DNA of 64,000 nucleotides from Lachnospiraceae bacterium (GTDB taxonomy: Bacteria; Bacillota; Clostridia; Lachnospirales; Lachnospiraceae), in contig JAFYDI010000023.1 of the NCBI GenBank assembly GCA_017544835.1, positions 32,206-96,205 on the forward strand, given 5' to 3'. Below, one piece after another: positions 36,930 to 47,051 of this stretch; the stretch's first letter is position 1, and every line of letters starts with the position of its first letter. The notes under the pieces are model-generated. The model saw only the letters and a program-made list of their open reading frames with translations, was not told where the DNA came from and did no database searches. The translations under genes and the position numbers were made by a program.

Positions 36930-37700
36930 TTATTCTCCTAAGTATGCTGTAATAACTTCGGGGTTCTTAAGCACTTCGCTTGTAGAGCCTTCCGCAAGGA
37001 CGCGACCGAAGTTAAGAACGGTTAAGCGCTCGCAGATACCTGCCACAAGCTTCATGTCATGTTCTATCAAAAGAATGGTCAGATTGAACTTATCCCTAAT
37101 AAATGTAATGGTTGACATAAGTTCCTGAGTCTCCTGAGGATTCATGCCGGCAGCGGGCTCGTCAAGGAGCAAAAGCTTAGGCTCTGTCGCAAGGGCTCTG
37201 GCAATTTCAAGCTTACGCTGCTTACCGTAAGGAAGCTGTGAAGCCTTAAGATGTGCACTTTCCGCAAGCCCGAATACTTCAAGAAGCTCCATGGCACGCT
37301 TATCCATCTGCTTCTCAACTTTCCTGTAAGAAGGAAGTCTTAATACCGCTGAAAGAGTAGAGTAGGAGTACAGATTGTGAAGTCCTACCTTAACGTTATC
37401 AAGAACGGTTAAGTCCTTAAAAAGTCTGATGTTCTGGAAGGTACGGGCGATACCCGCCTTGTTAATCTCAATGGTCTTAAGACCGGTGATATTCTTGCCA
37501 TCCAGTCTGATAATGCCTTCATTAGGCTTATAAACGCCTGTAAGAAGGTTAAAAGCAGTCGTCTTGCCGGCACCGTTGGGACCGATAAGACCGTAAAGTT
37601 CGCCCTTCTTAATAGAGAGGTTTAAATCATCAACGGCACGAAGACCGCCGAAGGATATTGATAAATGATTAACTTCAAGGAGTGTATTGATTAAAGCCAT
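36930..37700 (-). CDS. livG: branched-chain amino acid ABC transporter ATP-binding protein
   Basis: GPNGAGKTT, 256 aa with a LivG-type C-terminal extension. Confidence 0.85.
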   Translation of the reverse strand: MALINTLLEVNHLSISFGGLRAVDDLNLSIKKGELYGLIGPNGAGKTTAFNLLTGVYKPNEGIIRLDGKNITGLKTIEINKAGIARTFQNIRLFKDLTVLDNVKVGLHNLYSYSTLSAVLRLPSYRKVEKQMDKRAMELLEVFGLAESAHLKASQLPYGKQRKLEIARALATEPKLLLLDEPAAGMNPQETQELMSTITFIRDKFNLTILLIEHDMKLVAGICERLTVLNFGRVLAEGSTSEVLKNPEVITAYLGE

Positions 37701-37703
37701 AAC

Positions 37704-38774
37704 TTACACCTCCTTCTCTGCCGATTTCTTTTTAAAGAAAGGCAGCTTGGCTACCATGCGCTCTCTGAAAGCACGAGCGGAAGGCGCCCAGTTAAATAAC
37801 ATCATTGCAATAAGCACGATTGCGTATATAAGCATACGGTACGTGGAAAGGCCTCTTAAAAGCTCGGGTAAGAGAGTTAAGATAATCGCGGAGATTACAG
37901 ATCCTCTGATGGAGCCTATGCCGCCGAGTACCACAAATACCAGTATCATGATGGACATGTTGTAACCAAAGTTCTTGGTGGTGGCCATAAGTGAATTTAA
38001 GTTGTGAGAGTAAAGCACTCCGGCAACACCCGCAAGAGCGGCGGATAAGCTGAACGCAAGGAGCTTGTACTTGGTAACGTTAATGCCTACAGACTCGGCT
38101 GCGATAACGTTATCACGAATAGCCATAACTGCACGACCCTCGCGGCTCTTTATAAAGTTAAGAATGATTACAAGCGTAATCATAATAAGTATGAAGCCTG
38201 CGGTAAAAGTAGAATCCTTGGGGGTTCCCGTAATACCCTGAGCTCCGTTTATAAGCATCTGACCGTCTTCTTCAAGTCCGAGGGACACGGAATCCTTGAT
38301 GGAGAAGTGTAAGCCCTTTGAGTCACGGCCGATGTAGAGTACATTAATGATATTCTTGATAATCTCGCCAAAAGCAAGCGTTACAATCGCAAGGTAGTCG
38401 CCTTTAAGCCTTAAAACGGGCATGCCGATTAAGAAACCGAAGAGTCCTGCGAAAAAGAAACCGATAAGGATTGCAAACACGAACCGAAGCCAACCGGGAT
38501 TGATGACGCCGACTGTAATCTTTGAAAAGAAAGCGCTTGTGAAAGCTCCGATACACATAAAGCCCGCATGACCAAGGCTTAACTCGCCCAAGATACCTAC
38601 GGTTAAGTTAAGGGATACCGCAAGGATAATGTAAGCGCAAAGCGGTACGAGAAGACCTTTAAAGAGGCTTGAAAGCGCACCTGCTTTAAGCAGTATTTCT
38701 ATTACGATATAGGCACCTGTTACGATACCGAGAGTTATGAGAGTGTCTTTGTTTTTCTTAAATAATTCTTTCAT
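37704..38774 (-). CDS. livM: branched-chain amino acid ABC transporter permease
   Basis: 356 aa polytopic, LivM-like. Confidence 0.8.
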   Translation of the reverse strand: MKELFKKNKDTLITLGIVTGAYIVIEILLKAGALSSLFKGLLVPLCAYIILAVSLNLTVGILGELSLGHAGFMCIGAFTSAFFSKITVGVINPGWLRFVFAILIGFFFAGLFGFLIGMPVLRLKGDYLAIVTLAFGEIIKNIINVLYIGRDSKGLHFSIKDSVSLGLEEDGQMLINGAQGITGTPKDSTFTAGFILIMITLVIILNFIKSREGRAVMAIRDNVIAAESVGINVTKYKLLAFSLSAALAGVAGVLYSHNLNSLMATTKNFGYNMSIMILVFVVLGGIGSIRGSVISAIILTLLPELLRGLSTYRMLIYAIVLIAMMLFNWAPSARAFRERMVAKLPFFKKKSAEKEV

Positions 38775-38785
38775 GTCACACCCCC

Positions 38786-39673
38786 TTAAACCTTTTCCTG
38801 AAGCTTCTTGCCAAGAAGTCCGGTGGGCTTAACAACAAGTACGATGATAAGCACGCAGAACACGATGGCATCGGAAAGCTGTGAGGAAATATATGCCTTT
38901 GAAAGATTCTCGATGATACCTAAAATGATTCCGCCTATGAAAGCTCCGGGAATGGAACCGATGCCGCCGAATACCGCAGCCACAAACGCCTTGATACCTG
39001 GCATGGAGCCGGTGTAAGGAGTAAGTGAAGGATATGCGGAGCAGAGGAGCACACCTGCGATTGCTGCAAGTGCAGAACCGATGGCGAAGGTAAGAGAAAT
39101 TGTTTTATTAACATTAATACCCATAAGCTGAGCCGCACCTTTATCCTCGGAAACCGCGAGCATGGCGCGTCCGGCCTTTGTCTTGTTAACAAAAAGGGTA
39201 AGAACAATCATGATTATGATGCATGCGATAATGGTGACAATGGACTCACCCGTAACGGTGAGGCTGTCGCCGATTTTAACCGCATCAAGAGGCACAACCG
39301 ATGAAAAAGCCTTGGTGTTGGCACCAAAGATAAGTAAAGCCACATTCTGCAAGAAGTAGCTGACACCGATTGCGGTAATAAGAACCGTAAGAGAAGAGGT
39401 CGCCTGGCGAAGAGGCCTGTAGGCAATCGCTTCGATGGTAACACCGAGGATGGTGCATACCAGCACTGAAATAAGAATTCCGAGCCACACGGGAAGATTA
39501 AGCATGCTTACCACGCAGAATACAACGTAGCTGCCTATCATTATTACGTCGCCGTGGGCAAAATTAAGCATTTTGGCAATTCCGTATACCATGGTGTAGC
39601 CGAGGGCTATGATGGCATATACGGCGCCGAGGCTTATGCCGTTAATCAAATACGATAAAAAAGCCATATCCAC
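38786..39673 (-). CDS. livH: branched-chain amino acid ABC transporter permease
   Basis: 295 aa polytopic, LivH-like. Confidence 0.8.
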   Translation of the reverse strand: MDMAFLSYLINGISLGAVYAIIALGYTMVYGIAKMLNFAHGDVIMIGSYVVFCVVSMLNLPVWLGILISVLVCTILGVTIEAIAYRPLRQATSSLTVLITAIGVSYFLQNVALLIFGANTKAFSSVVPLDAVKIGDSLTVTGESIVTIIACIIIMIVLTLFVNKTKAGRAMLAVSEDKGAAQLMGINVNKTISLTFAIGSALAAIAGVLLCSAYPSLTPYTGSMPGIKAFVAAVFGGIGSIPGAFIGGIILGIIENLSKAYISSQLSDAIVFCVLIIVLVVKPTGLLGKKLQEKV

Positions 39674-39755
39674 TCATCCTTCTTCTTTGTAAAATAACAA
39701 CCACAAAAATAATTTTAGTACATGAAGTCTTGTTAATCAAGACAACAGAAGATTT

Positions 39756-39787
39756 CTAAAAAGAGGGCGCATGATAAGTGCGCCCTC
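39756..39787 (-). terminator. intra-operon attenuating terminator between livK and livH
   Basis: GAGGGCGCA-tgataag-TGCGCCCTC 9-bp stem with a T-run on the minus strand. Confidence 0.5.
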
Positions 39788-39814
39788 CATTGGGATAACT
39801 AAGTTAAAAAGAAA

Positions 39815-40972
39815 CTAGTTCTGAATCAAAGCGTATTCGCCGTTCTTGATTTCCATAGCTTTGGGAGCTTTGTTAACGGCGCCTTCTTCGTCCCATGTCA
39901 TTGAAAGACCGGTAAGACCGTCAACGGAAATCTTGCCCATCTGAACCTTCATGGCTTCGCAGAGGTCTGATACGCTCATATCGGGAGTAGCGTTAGCTGC
40001 TTCGATTGCTGCCTTGATGATGTAGATTGCATCGTAAGCATCAGCTGCGAACTGGTTGGGAATCTCGCCGTATGCTTCCTGATACTTTTTAACGAATGAC
40101 TGAGTCTTTTCATCGGTAGCATCTGCAGCGAAAGGAGTAAGAAGCATAACGCCTTCTGCAAGGCTCTTATCGAAGTTATCTACGCCTAAGATACCATCAA
40201 GTCCGTCACAACCAAAGAACTTAAATCCATAGCCTGCTGAAGCGGACTGAGTAAGGATCAAAGATGCTTCGGAATAGTAGATGGGAAGGAATACAAGCTC
40301 TGCGCCGTTTTCCTTGGCCTTCTGAAGCTGTACGGAGAAGTCACTCTTGCTGTCGGAAGTGAAAGCTTCGGCACTTACGATTTCGAAAGGCTGATTGGCT
40401 GCTTCTTTGGCAAACTTTTCATAGATACCGTTTGAGTAAGGGTCGGAGCTGTTGTAAATAACCGCTACCTTGGAAGCAAGCTTGTTGCTGCCGATGTACT
40501 GAGCGGATGCAATACCCTGGTTGGGGTCGTTAAAGCATACCTGGAAAGCGTTGGGGGTTGCGATACAGTCCTTAGCCGAACCTGAAGGGGTAAGCTGGAA
40601 CATGTTATCTGCGGAAGATTCTGCGGAAACCGCGATGGAGCATCCGCTTGTGGTGGAACCTACAAGAATCTGCATTCCCCAGTCCTTAAGGGCGTTGTAA
40701 GCGTTGACTGATTTCTCGTTGTCAAGCTCATCGTCCTGTGAATTGTATTCAATTTTGAAACCGTTGATACCGCCGGCTTCGTTGATTTCCTTAATAGCAA
40801 TGTCGGCACCGTTCTTAACTGCAAGACCGTAAATGGCTGCATCACCTGTGAAGGGTCCGATTGCGCCGATTTTGAAGGCGCCCGATTTGGCCTGGCTGCC
40901 GCAACCTGCAAGCATGGAAACTGCCATTACCGCAGAAAGGACAACACCTGTAAGTTTTCCTAACTTTCTCAT
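39815..40972 (-). CDS. livK: branched-chain amino acid ABC transporter substrate-binding lipoprotein
   Basis: Lipobox LAGCGS. Type I periplasmic binding fold. 385 aa. Confidence 0.85.
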   Translation of the reverse strand: MRKLGKLTGVVLSAVMAVSMLAGCGSQAKSGAFKIGAIGPFTGDAAIYGLAVKNGADIAIKEINEAGGINGFKIEYNSQDDELDNEKSVNAYNALKDWGMQILVGSTTSGCSIAVSAESSADNMFQLTPSGSAKDCIATPNAFQVCFNDPNQGIASAQYIGSNKLASKVAVIYNSSDPYSNGIYEKFAKEAANQPFEIVSAEAFTSDSKSDFSVQLQKAKENGAELVFLPIYYSEASLILTQSASAGYGFKFFGCDGLDGILGVDNFDKSLAEGVMLLTPFAADATDEKTQSFVKKYQEAYGEIPNQFAADAYDAIYIIKAAIEAANATPDMSVSDLCEAMKVQMGKISVDGLTGLSMTWDEEGAVNKAPKAMEIKNGEYALIQN

Positions 40973-41030
40973 AATTTTTTCCTCCTAAACTGCTGCTGTA
41001 AAGAAAACACGTGCTTCTTTATTGGTCGAT

Positions 41031-41059
41031 ATGATAATACAAACAAAATGCTTTGTCAA
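41031..41059 (-). promoter_or_regulatory. liv operon promoter TTGACA-17-TATCAT (minus strand)
   Basis: Reverse complement: TTGACAaagcattttgtttgtatTATCAT. Confidence 0.5.
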
Positions 41060-41161
41060 TGCAATTCGCTAAATTGTGAAAATTTTTCTTCTTTAAAGTG
41101 GGAAAATCACCCGCAAATGTGGTATAATACGGCCAAAGAAAGTTTTAGGGGTGCACTTATT

Positions 41162-41860
41162 ATGAATCTTTGGGACGGCGGACAGTCGATTCTTTTTATG
41201 AGAGTTCTTTTTTTGATTGTTACTCTTTTATATCTTACGGATTTATTCTTTATGGTTCCCAAATACACAAGGTGCAAGTACGACCATACTCCGCGTAAGC
41301 AGAAACTTATGTGGAAAGGTGCCTGCATCGGTGTGCCGGTTGTGGCGATAATTGTGGGGACCGTATTTAACGCGCCCAAAGGTCTTGAGATAGGAGACTT
41401 TCTTTTGATAGCGGGAATGTGCGTGTGCGCGGTCGGCGACATAGTACTGGAGATTAAGTTTATTCGCGGAGGATTTCTGTTCTTCGCGGGACATCTTCTT
41501 TACATTGCGGCACTTGCATCGATGACGAAGTATTATAATCCGGTTGCTCTTATTATATATGTAGTTCTTGCTGCGGCAGGGTGGATTCTTACCAATAAGC
41601 ATTTAAGTAAGAAGTACAGAATCCTGCTTGTGGGGTATAATCTTACAATCAGTGCTTCTTTTGCACTGGGAGTCAATCTGCTGATGGGAGGGGACTCTGC
41701 GTTTTTAATTCTCGGCGCGGGTGTAATGCTTCTTCCGATTTCTGACTGGCTTATGGCCCGTAACAAGGTATTCGGAAGCACTTATGCATGGTCGCTTCTT
41801 GCGCTTGTTACGTATTTCGGAGGCCAGATTCTTATCTCCGCATATCCTTATTTAAAGTAA
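41162..41860 (+). CDS. YhhN-family (lysoplasmalogenase-like) membrane protein
   Basis: Polytopic, 232 aa from the internal Met. An extended -10 element tgTGgTATAAT lies upstream. Confidence 0.45.
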   Translation: MNLWDGGQSILFMRVLFLIVTLLYLTDLFFMVPKYTRCKYDHTPRKQKLMWKGACIGVPVVAIIVGTVFNAPKGLEIGDFLLIAGMCVCAVGDIVLEIKFIRGGFLFFAGHLLYIAALASMTKYYNPVALIIYVVLAAAGWILTNKHLSKKYRILLVGYNLTISASFALGVNLLMGGDSAFLILGAGVMLLPISDWLMARNKVFGSTYAWSLLALVTYFGGQILISAYPYLK

Positions 41861-41941
41861 TTTGTAAGCGTACTTGACTAAAGATAGGCACAATGCTAAA
41901 ATACCAAATTAGTAGTTTAAATCGCTAAAGCGTTTTAAGAG

Positions 41942-43693
41942 TTGAAAGGATGGGTTAAGTTGGAAAAGAAGATTATGCTTGGAAACGCCGCTATTGCGCG
42001 CGGTGCTTATGAAGCAGGTGTTAAGGTGTCTGCGGCATATCCCGGAACTCCCAGTACCGAGATAAGCGAGAACCTTGTTAATTATAAGGAGATTTACTGT
42101 GAGTGGAGCCCCAATGAGAAGGTTGCATGCGAAGTGGCAATCGGAGCTTCCATGGCGGGCGTACGTTCCATGTGTTCCATGAAGCACGTAGGACTTAATG
42201 TTGCAAGCGATCCGCTTTATTCAGTTTCTTATATCGGTGTCAACGGCGGTATGGTACTTGTGGTTGCCGACGACCCCGGTCTTTACTCTTCACAGAACGA
42301 ACAGGATACAAGAATGATTGGTCGAGCCTCAATGGTGCCCGTTATCGAGCCTTCGGATTCTCAGGAAGCCAAGGATTATATTAAGTATGCTTTTGAACTT
42401 TCCGAGAAGTACGATACGCCCGTTATTATGCGTACCACCACCCGCCTCGGACATTCTCAGGGACTTGTTACATTGGAAGAGCGTCAGGAGATTCCGGACA
42501 AGCCCTATGAAAAGAACATTCAGAAGAATGTCATGATGCCCGGCATGGCCAAGAAACGCCACGTATTCGTAGAGGAACGCCTTAAGAAGATGGCTGAGGA
42601 CGGCGCATCGATGCCCATCAACCGCATCGAATGGGGCGATAAGAAGATAGGCTTTATCACAAGCGGTATCGCATATCAGTATGTTAAGGAAGTATGTCCC
42701 GACGCATCGGTGCTTAAGCTCGGACTTCTTAATCCTTTACCTAAGACAATGATTGCCGATTTTGCCAAGGAAATCGAGACATTATATATATTCGAAGAAC
42801 TTGAGCCTGTAATCGAAGAGCAGGTTCGCGCAATGGGCATTAAGTGCATCGGCAAGGAAGCCTTCACCATTCAGGGTGAGTACAGCGCCAATATGCTTAG
42901 AAAGGTACTTAAGGGCTCTGAGCCTGAGACCAAGGCAGCCGAAGTTCCCGCACGTCCTCCGATTTTATGTCCCGGATGCCCTCACAGAAGCGTATATACA
43001 GCTCTTAAGAACTTAAAGATTCATGCCGCAGGCGACATCGGATGCTACACACTCGGCGCGGTTGCACCTCTTAATGTAGTAGATACAGCAGTCTGCATGG
43101 GTTCCTCCATTTCCACACTTCACGGTATGGAGAAGGCCAAGGGTAAGGACTATGTTAAGAACTGGGTAGCTGTTATCGGCGATTCCACTTTCCTTCATAC
43201 AGGTGTTAACTCCCTTATGAATATGGTCTACAACAAGGCAACCGGTACGGTTATGATACTTGATAACTCCACCACCGGTATGACAGGTCATCAGGACCAC
43301 GCCGCTACAGGTAAGACCCTTATGGGCGAGCCTACCTACGCTATTGATATTTACAATTTGTGCAAGTCCATGGGAATCGAGCATGTTGTCGAGGTTTCTT
43401 CTTTTGACCAGGTAGCTCTTACAAAGGCTATCAAGGAAGAAACGGCTCGTGACGAGGTTTCCGTTATCATATGCCAGGCACCCTGTGCACTCCTTAAGGG
43501 ACAGAAGTTCCCCAACGTGTGCAAGCCTTTGCCTGAGAAATGTAAGAAGTGCGGAGCCTGCTTAAAGCCCGGCTGTCCCGCTCTTACGAAGAATGCAGAC
43601 GGCACCGTTTCAATCGATGTGACCATGTGCAACGGCTGCGGACTGTGCAAGCAGATGTGTAAGTTTGACGCTATTGAGTGCGTAGAGAGATAG
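41942..43693 (+). CDS. iorA: indolepyruvate:ferredoxin oxidoreductase alpha subunit
   Basis: LGNAAIARGAYEAGVKVSAAYPGTPSTEI. TPP-binding region. C-terminal 4Fe-4S CxxCxxC motifs. Start may instead be the ATG near 41975. Confidence 0.85.
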   Translation: MKGWVKLEKKIMLGNAAIARGAYEAGVKVSAAYPGTPSTEISENLVNYKEIYCEWSPNEKVACEVAIGASMAGVRSMCSMKHVGLNVASDPLYSVSYIGVNGGMVLVVADDPGLYSSQNEQDTRMIGRASMVPVIEPSDSQEAKDYIKYAFELSEKYDTPVIMRTTTRLGHSQGLVTLEERQEIPDKPYEKNIQKNVMMPGMAKKRHVFVEERLKKMAEDGASMPINRIEWGDKKIGFITSGIAYQYVKEVCPDASVLKLGLLNPLPKTMIADFAKEIETLYIFEELEPVIEEQVRAMGIKCIGKEAFTIQGEYSANMLRKVLKGSEPETKAAEVPARPPILCPGCPHRSVYTALKNLKIHAAGDIGCYTLGAVAPLNVVDTAVCMGSSISTLHGMEKAKGKDYVKNWVAVIGDSTFLHTGVNSLMNMVYNKATGTVMILDNSTTGMTGHQDHAATGKTLMGEPTYAIDIYNLCKSMGIEHVVEVSSFDQVALTKAIKEETARDEVSVIICQAPCALLKGQKFPNVCKPLPEKCKKCGACLKPGCPALTKNADGTVSIDVTMCNGCGLCKQMCKFDAIECVER

Positions 43694-43704
43694 AGGTACA
43701 TTTA

Positions 43705-44274
43705 ATGGAAACCAAGAATATTATGATTGTCGGCGTGGGCGGACAGGGAACCCTTCTTACCAGCCGAATCTTAGGCGGAATAATGTTAAGCGCAGGCTAT
43801 GACGTTAAGCTTTCCGAAGTTCACGGAATGGCTCAGCGTGGCGGTTCTGTAGTAACTTACGTGCGTTACGGCGACAAGGTTGCGGAGCCTATAGTTGAAG
43901 AAGGCTGCGCAGACGTGCTCATTGCTTTTGAGCGTCTCGAGGCTTTAAGATATGCACACTTTCTTAAAAAGAACGGCGTACTCATCGTTAATGACCAGCG
44001 TATAGATCCCATGCCCGTCGTTACAGGTGCTGCCGAGTATCCCGAGAACATTATTGAAAATCTTTCCAAAGATTATAAGGTATATTCCATCGATGCTCAG
44101 TCGGAAGCACTTAAGATGGGTAATGCCAAGGTATTTAACATAATCGTGCTCGGCCTTGCTGCCAAGCACATGGATTTTTCCAAGGAACAGTGGCTTAAGG
44201 TAATTGAAGAAACCGTTCCCCCGAAGACCATAGAGATTAATAAAGCCGCTTTCATCAAGGGATTCGAGTTTTGA
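43705..44274 (+). CDS. iorB: indolepyruvate oxidoreductase beta subunit
   Basis: METKNIMIVGVGGQGT... 190 aa. AGAGG RBS. Track ORF 43678..44274. Confidence 0.85.
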   Translation: METKNIMIVGVGGQGTLLTSRILGGIMLSAGYDVKLSEVHGMAQRGGSVVTYVRYGDKVAEPIVEEGCADVLIAFERLEALRYAHFLKKNGVLIVNDQRIDPMPVVTGAAEYPENIIENLSKDYKVYSIDAQSEALKMGNAKVFNIIVLGLAAKHMDFSKEQWLKVIEETVPPKTIEINKAAFIKGFEF

Positions 44275-44357
44275 GTCCCAAACGGGGAGTGGGAGACCAC
44301 CGTTTGGGGCAATAAGAGTTTATCCCGGAACTTATTGATGAAAGTGAGGATAAAATT

Positions 44358-45659
44358 ATGGCTATTTGGAATGAAGCCAAAGAATGCATGAGCCGCGATC
44401 AGATGTGCGTGCTCCAGGGTGAAAGACTTAAGAAACAGGTTAAATATGTATACCACAACGTAGAATATTATCGTAAGAAGATGCAGAATGTAGGCTTGGA
44501 GCCCGGCGATATCAACGGACTTGAAGACTTAACAAAGCTTCCTTTTACCACCAAGGACGATTTAAGAGATACTTATCCTTTCGGACTTTTCGCAGCTCCC
44601 CAGTCCGAAATCGTGCGTATTCACGCTTCAAGCGGTACCACAGGTAAGGCTACGGTTGTAGGATATACGAGACGTGATATCGATATCTGGGCTGAGTGTG
44701 TTGCCAGAGCCCTTACCCAGTGCGGAATCGGCAAGAACGATATCGTGCAGGTAGCTTACGGCTACGGACTTTTCACCGGCGGTCTCGGTGCTCACTATGG
44801 TGTTGAGAATGTAGGTGCTACCGTAGTTCCCATGTCCACAGGAAATACCAAGAAGCTTATCACAATGATGAATGACTTTGGTGCAACGGGTATCATGTGT
44901 ACTCCTTCGTACCTTTTACATATCGCGGAGACTTTATACGAAACAGGCGAGATTAACAATATCAAGCTTAAAGCCGCTGTCTGCGGTGCCGAGCCCTGGA
45001 CAGAGAAGATGCGCCAGCAGATAGAAGAGAAGCTTCATCTTAACTGCTTCGACATTTACGGCCTTTCCGAAATTATGGGTCCCGGTGTTGCTTGCGACTG
45101 TATCGAGCATAAGGGCTTACATGTTCAGGAAGACCACTTCCTTCCCGAAATCGTGGCAAGAGGAACCTTAGAGCCCGTTCCCGACGGTGAGCTTGGTGAA
45201 CTTGTATTTACCACCCTTACCAAGGAAGGCATCCCGCTTATCAGATACCGTACCAAGGACTTAACGTCCATTGACAGAACTCCCTGCGCATGCGGCCGTA
45301 CCACTGCAAGAATCGCCCGCTTCAAGGGTCGTTCCGATGATATGCTGGTATTAAGAGGCGTTAACGTATTCCCTTCACAGATTGAAGCAGCCCTTCTTGA
45401 AATGGACGGAATCTTACCTCATTACATGATAGTAGTGGACAGAGTCAATAATCTTGATACAATAGAAGTACAGGTAGAAGTAGAAGAACGCTTCTTCTCC
45501 GACGAAATCAGAGAACTTGAGAAGCTTACCAAGCGCATCGAAGGCGTTATCAAGACCGCCATCGGCCTTGCGGTTAAGGTTAAGCTTGTCGAGCCCAAGA
45601 CTCTTGCAAGAGCTGAAGGTAAGAGCGTTCACGTAGTAGACAAGAGAGTATTTGATTAA
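44358..45659 (+). CDS. paaK: phenylacetate--CoA ligase family (PaaK/F390 synthetase-like)
   Basis: 433 aa, adenylate-forming enzyme. Positioned with iorAB. Confidence 0.8.
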   Translation: MAIWNEAKECMSRDQMCVLQGERLKKQVKYVYHNVEYYRKKMQNVGLEPGDINGLEDLTKLPFTTKDDLRDTYPFGLFAAPQSEIVRIHASSGTTGKATVVGYTRRDIDIWAECVARALTQCGIGKNDIVQVAYGYGLFTGGLGAHYGVENVGATVVPMSTGNTKKLITMMNDFGATGIMCTPSYLLHIAETLYETGEINNIKLKAAVCGAEPWTEKMRQQIEEKLHLNCFDIYGLSEIMGPGVACDCIEHKGLHVQEDHFLPEIVARGTLEPVPDGELGELVFTTLTKEGIPLIRYRTKDLTSIDRTPCACGRTTARIARFKGRSDDMLVLRGVNVFPSQIEAALLEMDGILPHYMIVVDRVNNLDTIEVQVEVEERFFSDEIRELEKLTKRIEGVIKTAIGLAVKVKLVEPKTLARAEGKSVHVVDKRVFD

Positions 45660-45679
45660 TTCATTACGGGAGGTTACTT

Positions 45680-46108
45680 ATGTTTATTAAGCAGGTTTCT
45701 GTATTTCTTGAAAACAGTGCCGGAAGACTTCAGTCCGCACTCAAGGTTTTAAAGAATGAAAACATCAATATCGTATCCCTTAGTCTTGCAGATACCAACG
45801 ACTACGGAATGCTTCGCATGATTGTATCCGATGCCGCAAGAGCCAAGGACGCTTTAAAGGCATCAGGTCTTTCAGCACACCTTACCGACGTACTTGCTAT
45901 CAAGCTTCCGCATACCGTGGGCTCGCTTGAGCATGTTCTTTCGGAAGTTGCGGATGCCGGTATCAACGTTGAATATATGTATGCTCTCTCCACTAAAGAC
46001 GAGAACGCCTGCATAGTAATTAAGCCGGAAGATGCCGAAGCTTGCGCCAAGGCACTTGAAGGTAAGAAGTTTAACTTTGTTACGAGCGAAGAGGTTGAAA
46101 ACTTCTGA
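45680..46108 (+). CDS. ACT domain protein
   Basis: Two ACT-like repeats (MFIKQVSVFLENSAGRL...). Common partner of iorAB-paaK. Confidence 0.7.
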   Translation: MFIKQVSVFLENSAGRLQSALKVLKNENINIVSLSLADTNDYGMLRMIVSDAARAKDALKASGLSAHLTDVLAIKLPHTVGSLEHVLSEVADAGINVEYMYALSTKDENACIVIKPEDAEACAKALEGKKFNFVTSEEVENF

Positions 46109-46135
46109 TTCGGTGAATTTAATAAGACCAACAAG

Positions 46136-46170
46136 AAAGCTGTGTCGCAGTAATTGTGACACAGCTTTTA
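46136..46170. terminator. terminator after iorAB-paaK-ACT operon (also faces the minus-strand gene)
   Basis: AAAGCTGTGTC-loop-GACACAGCTTT followed by T residues. Confidence 0.55.
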
Positions 46171-46182
46171 TAATGCATATAA

Positions 46183-46761
46183 TTAGTTTCCGGCCTGAGC
46201 AAACAGCGCTTCGATCTCTTCCTGACTGAGTATCGCATCACCGCCGTGCATGTCCTTATTGACACTGGCAAGAACGTCGTTGACATCAACTTCCTGCGAC
46301 GCTGCGGGAGGCGGTGCCGCCTCGGCAGGAGCGGGAGCCTGCGCGCCGACTTCACTTGCAAGCTTGTCGAAATCGACTGTACTTCTGTTTGAAATATCAA
46401 CGTTATTCTGCGAAAGAAAATCATTGTAATCGTTGGAAGAAATATTCGTACGAGCTTCCTGGTCGTTATGCCAGAAAGTTCCGCGTTCATCGGCCGACGG
46501 AGTCGAGTCTGCCTGACCGCCTCCGTCGCCCTGAGCCTGATTCATAAGCTCATACATCCACGCGCAATATTCTTCATATGTTATATGCCCGAAGCGATAC
46601 TTTTCCTCGTAAGTCATATTGGTCTGGTACCACTTGATTACCGGGTTACGAGGCACATTGGGCGGAATCTCCGCCTTGGCGTAAAGTTCCATTATCGGGC
46701 TGTATACAAATATTTTCTTTTCCTTTTTTCCATCATTTTCCGAAGAATTATTTTCACCCAT
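46183..46761 (-). CDS. hypothetical acidic protein
   Basis: 192 aa with a Pro/Ala-rich middle. No known motif. Confidence 0.4.
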   Translation of the reverse strand: MGENNSSENDGKKEKKIFVYSPIMELYAKAEIPPNVPRNPVIKWYQTNMTYEEKYRFGHITYEEYCAWMYELMNQAQGDGGGQADSTPSADERGTFWHNDQEARTNISSNDYNDFLSQNNVDISNRSTVDFDKLASEVGAQAPAPAEAAPPPAASQEVDVNDVLASVNKDMHGGDAILSQEEIEALFAQAGN

Positions 46762-46953
46762 ATTTCTATTGTACGAAAAAAAATTAATGAAACGTTACAA
46801 GCGTTATTTTTGATAATTTTTGCAAAAAGACAAATTCAGTGCCGACAAGGCTTTCAGTTAAAAGAAGGCGTCTATGGTTAATTATTCTGTAATTTTCGTA
46901 TATTTTCGTGGTAACACCCAATTTATAAACTCATCGCACACAATACAAATGCG

Positions 46954-46987
46954 CACAGTGGAGTATGTTCCACTGTGTTTTATTTTT
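46954..46987 (+). terminator. strong plus-strand intrinsic terminator with no upstream plus-strand CDS (orphan; possible leader/sRNA 3' end)
   Basis: CACAGTGGA-gtatgt-TCCACTGTG 9-bp stem followed by TTTTATTTTT. About 65 nt upstream of the SH3b gene start. Confidence 0.55.
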
Positions 46988-47051
46988 CATAGAGATAGGT
47001 ACAAAAGAAAGGCAGGTGGGGTAAATAGACCATAAAAAAGGAGCATAAAAT

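Noticed and set aside
46872-47031. 53-codon ORF (MVNYSVIFVYFRG...) with a weak RBS in the region upstream of the SH3b gene
   Set aside because: It reads straight through the strong terminator hairpin and has biased low-complexity composition. More likely a non-coding leader.
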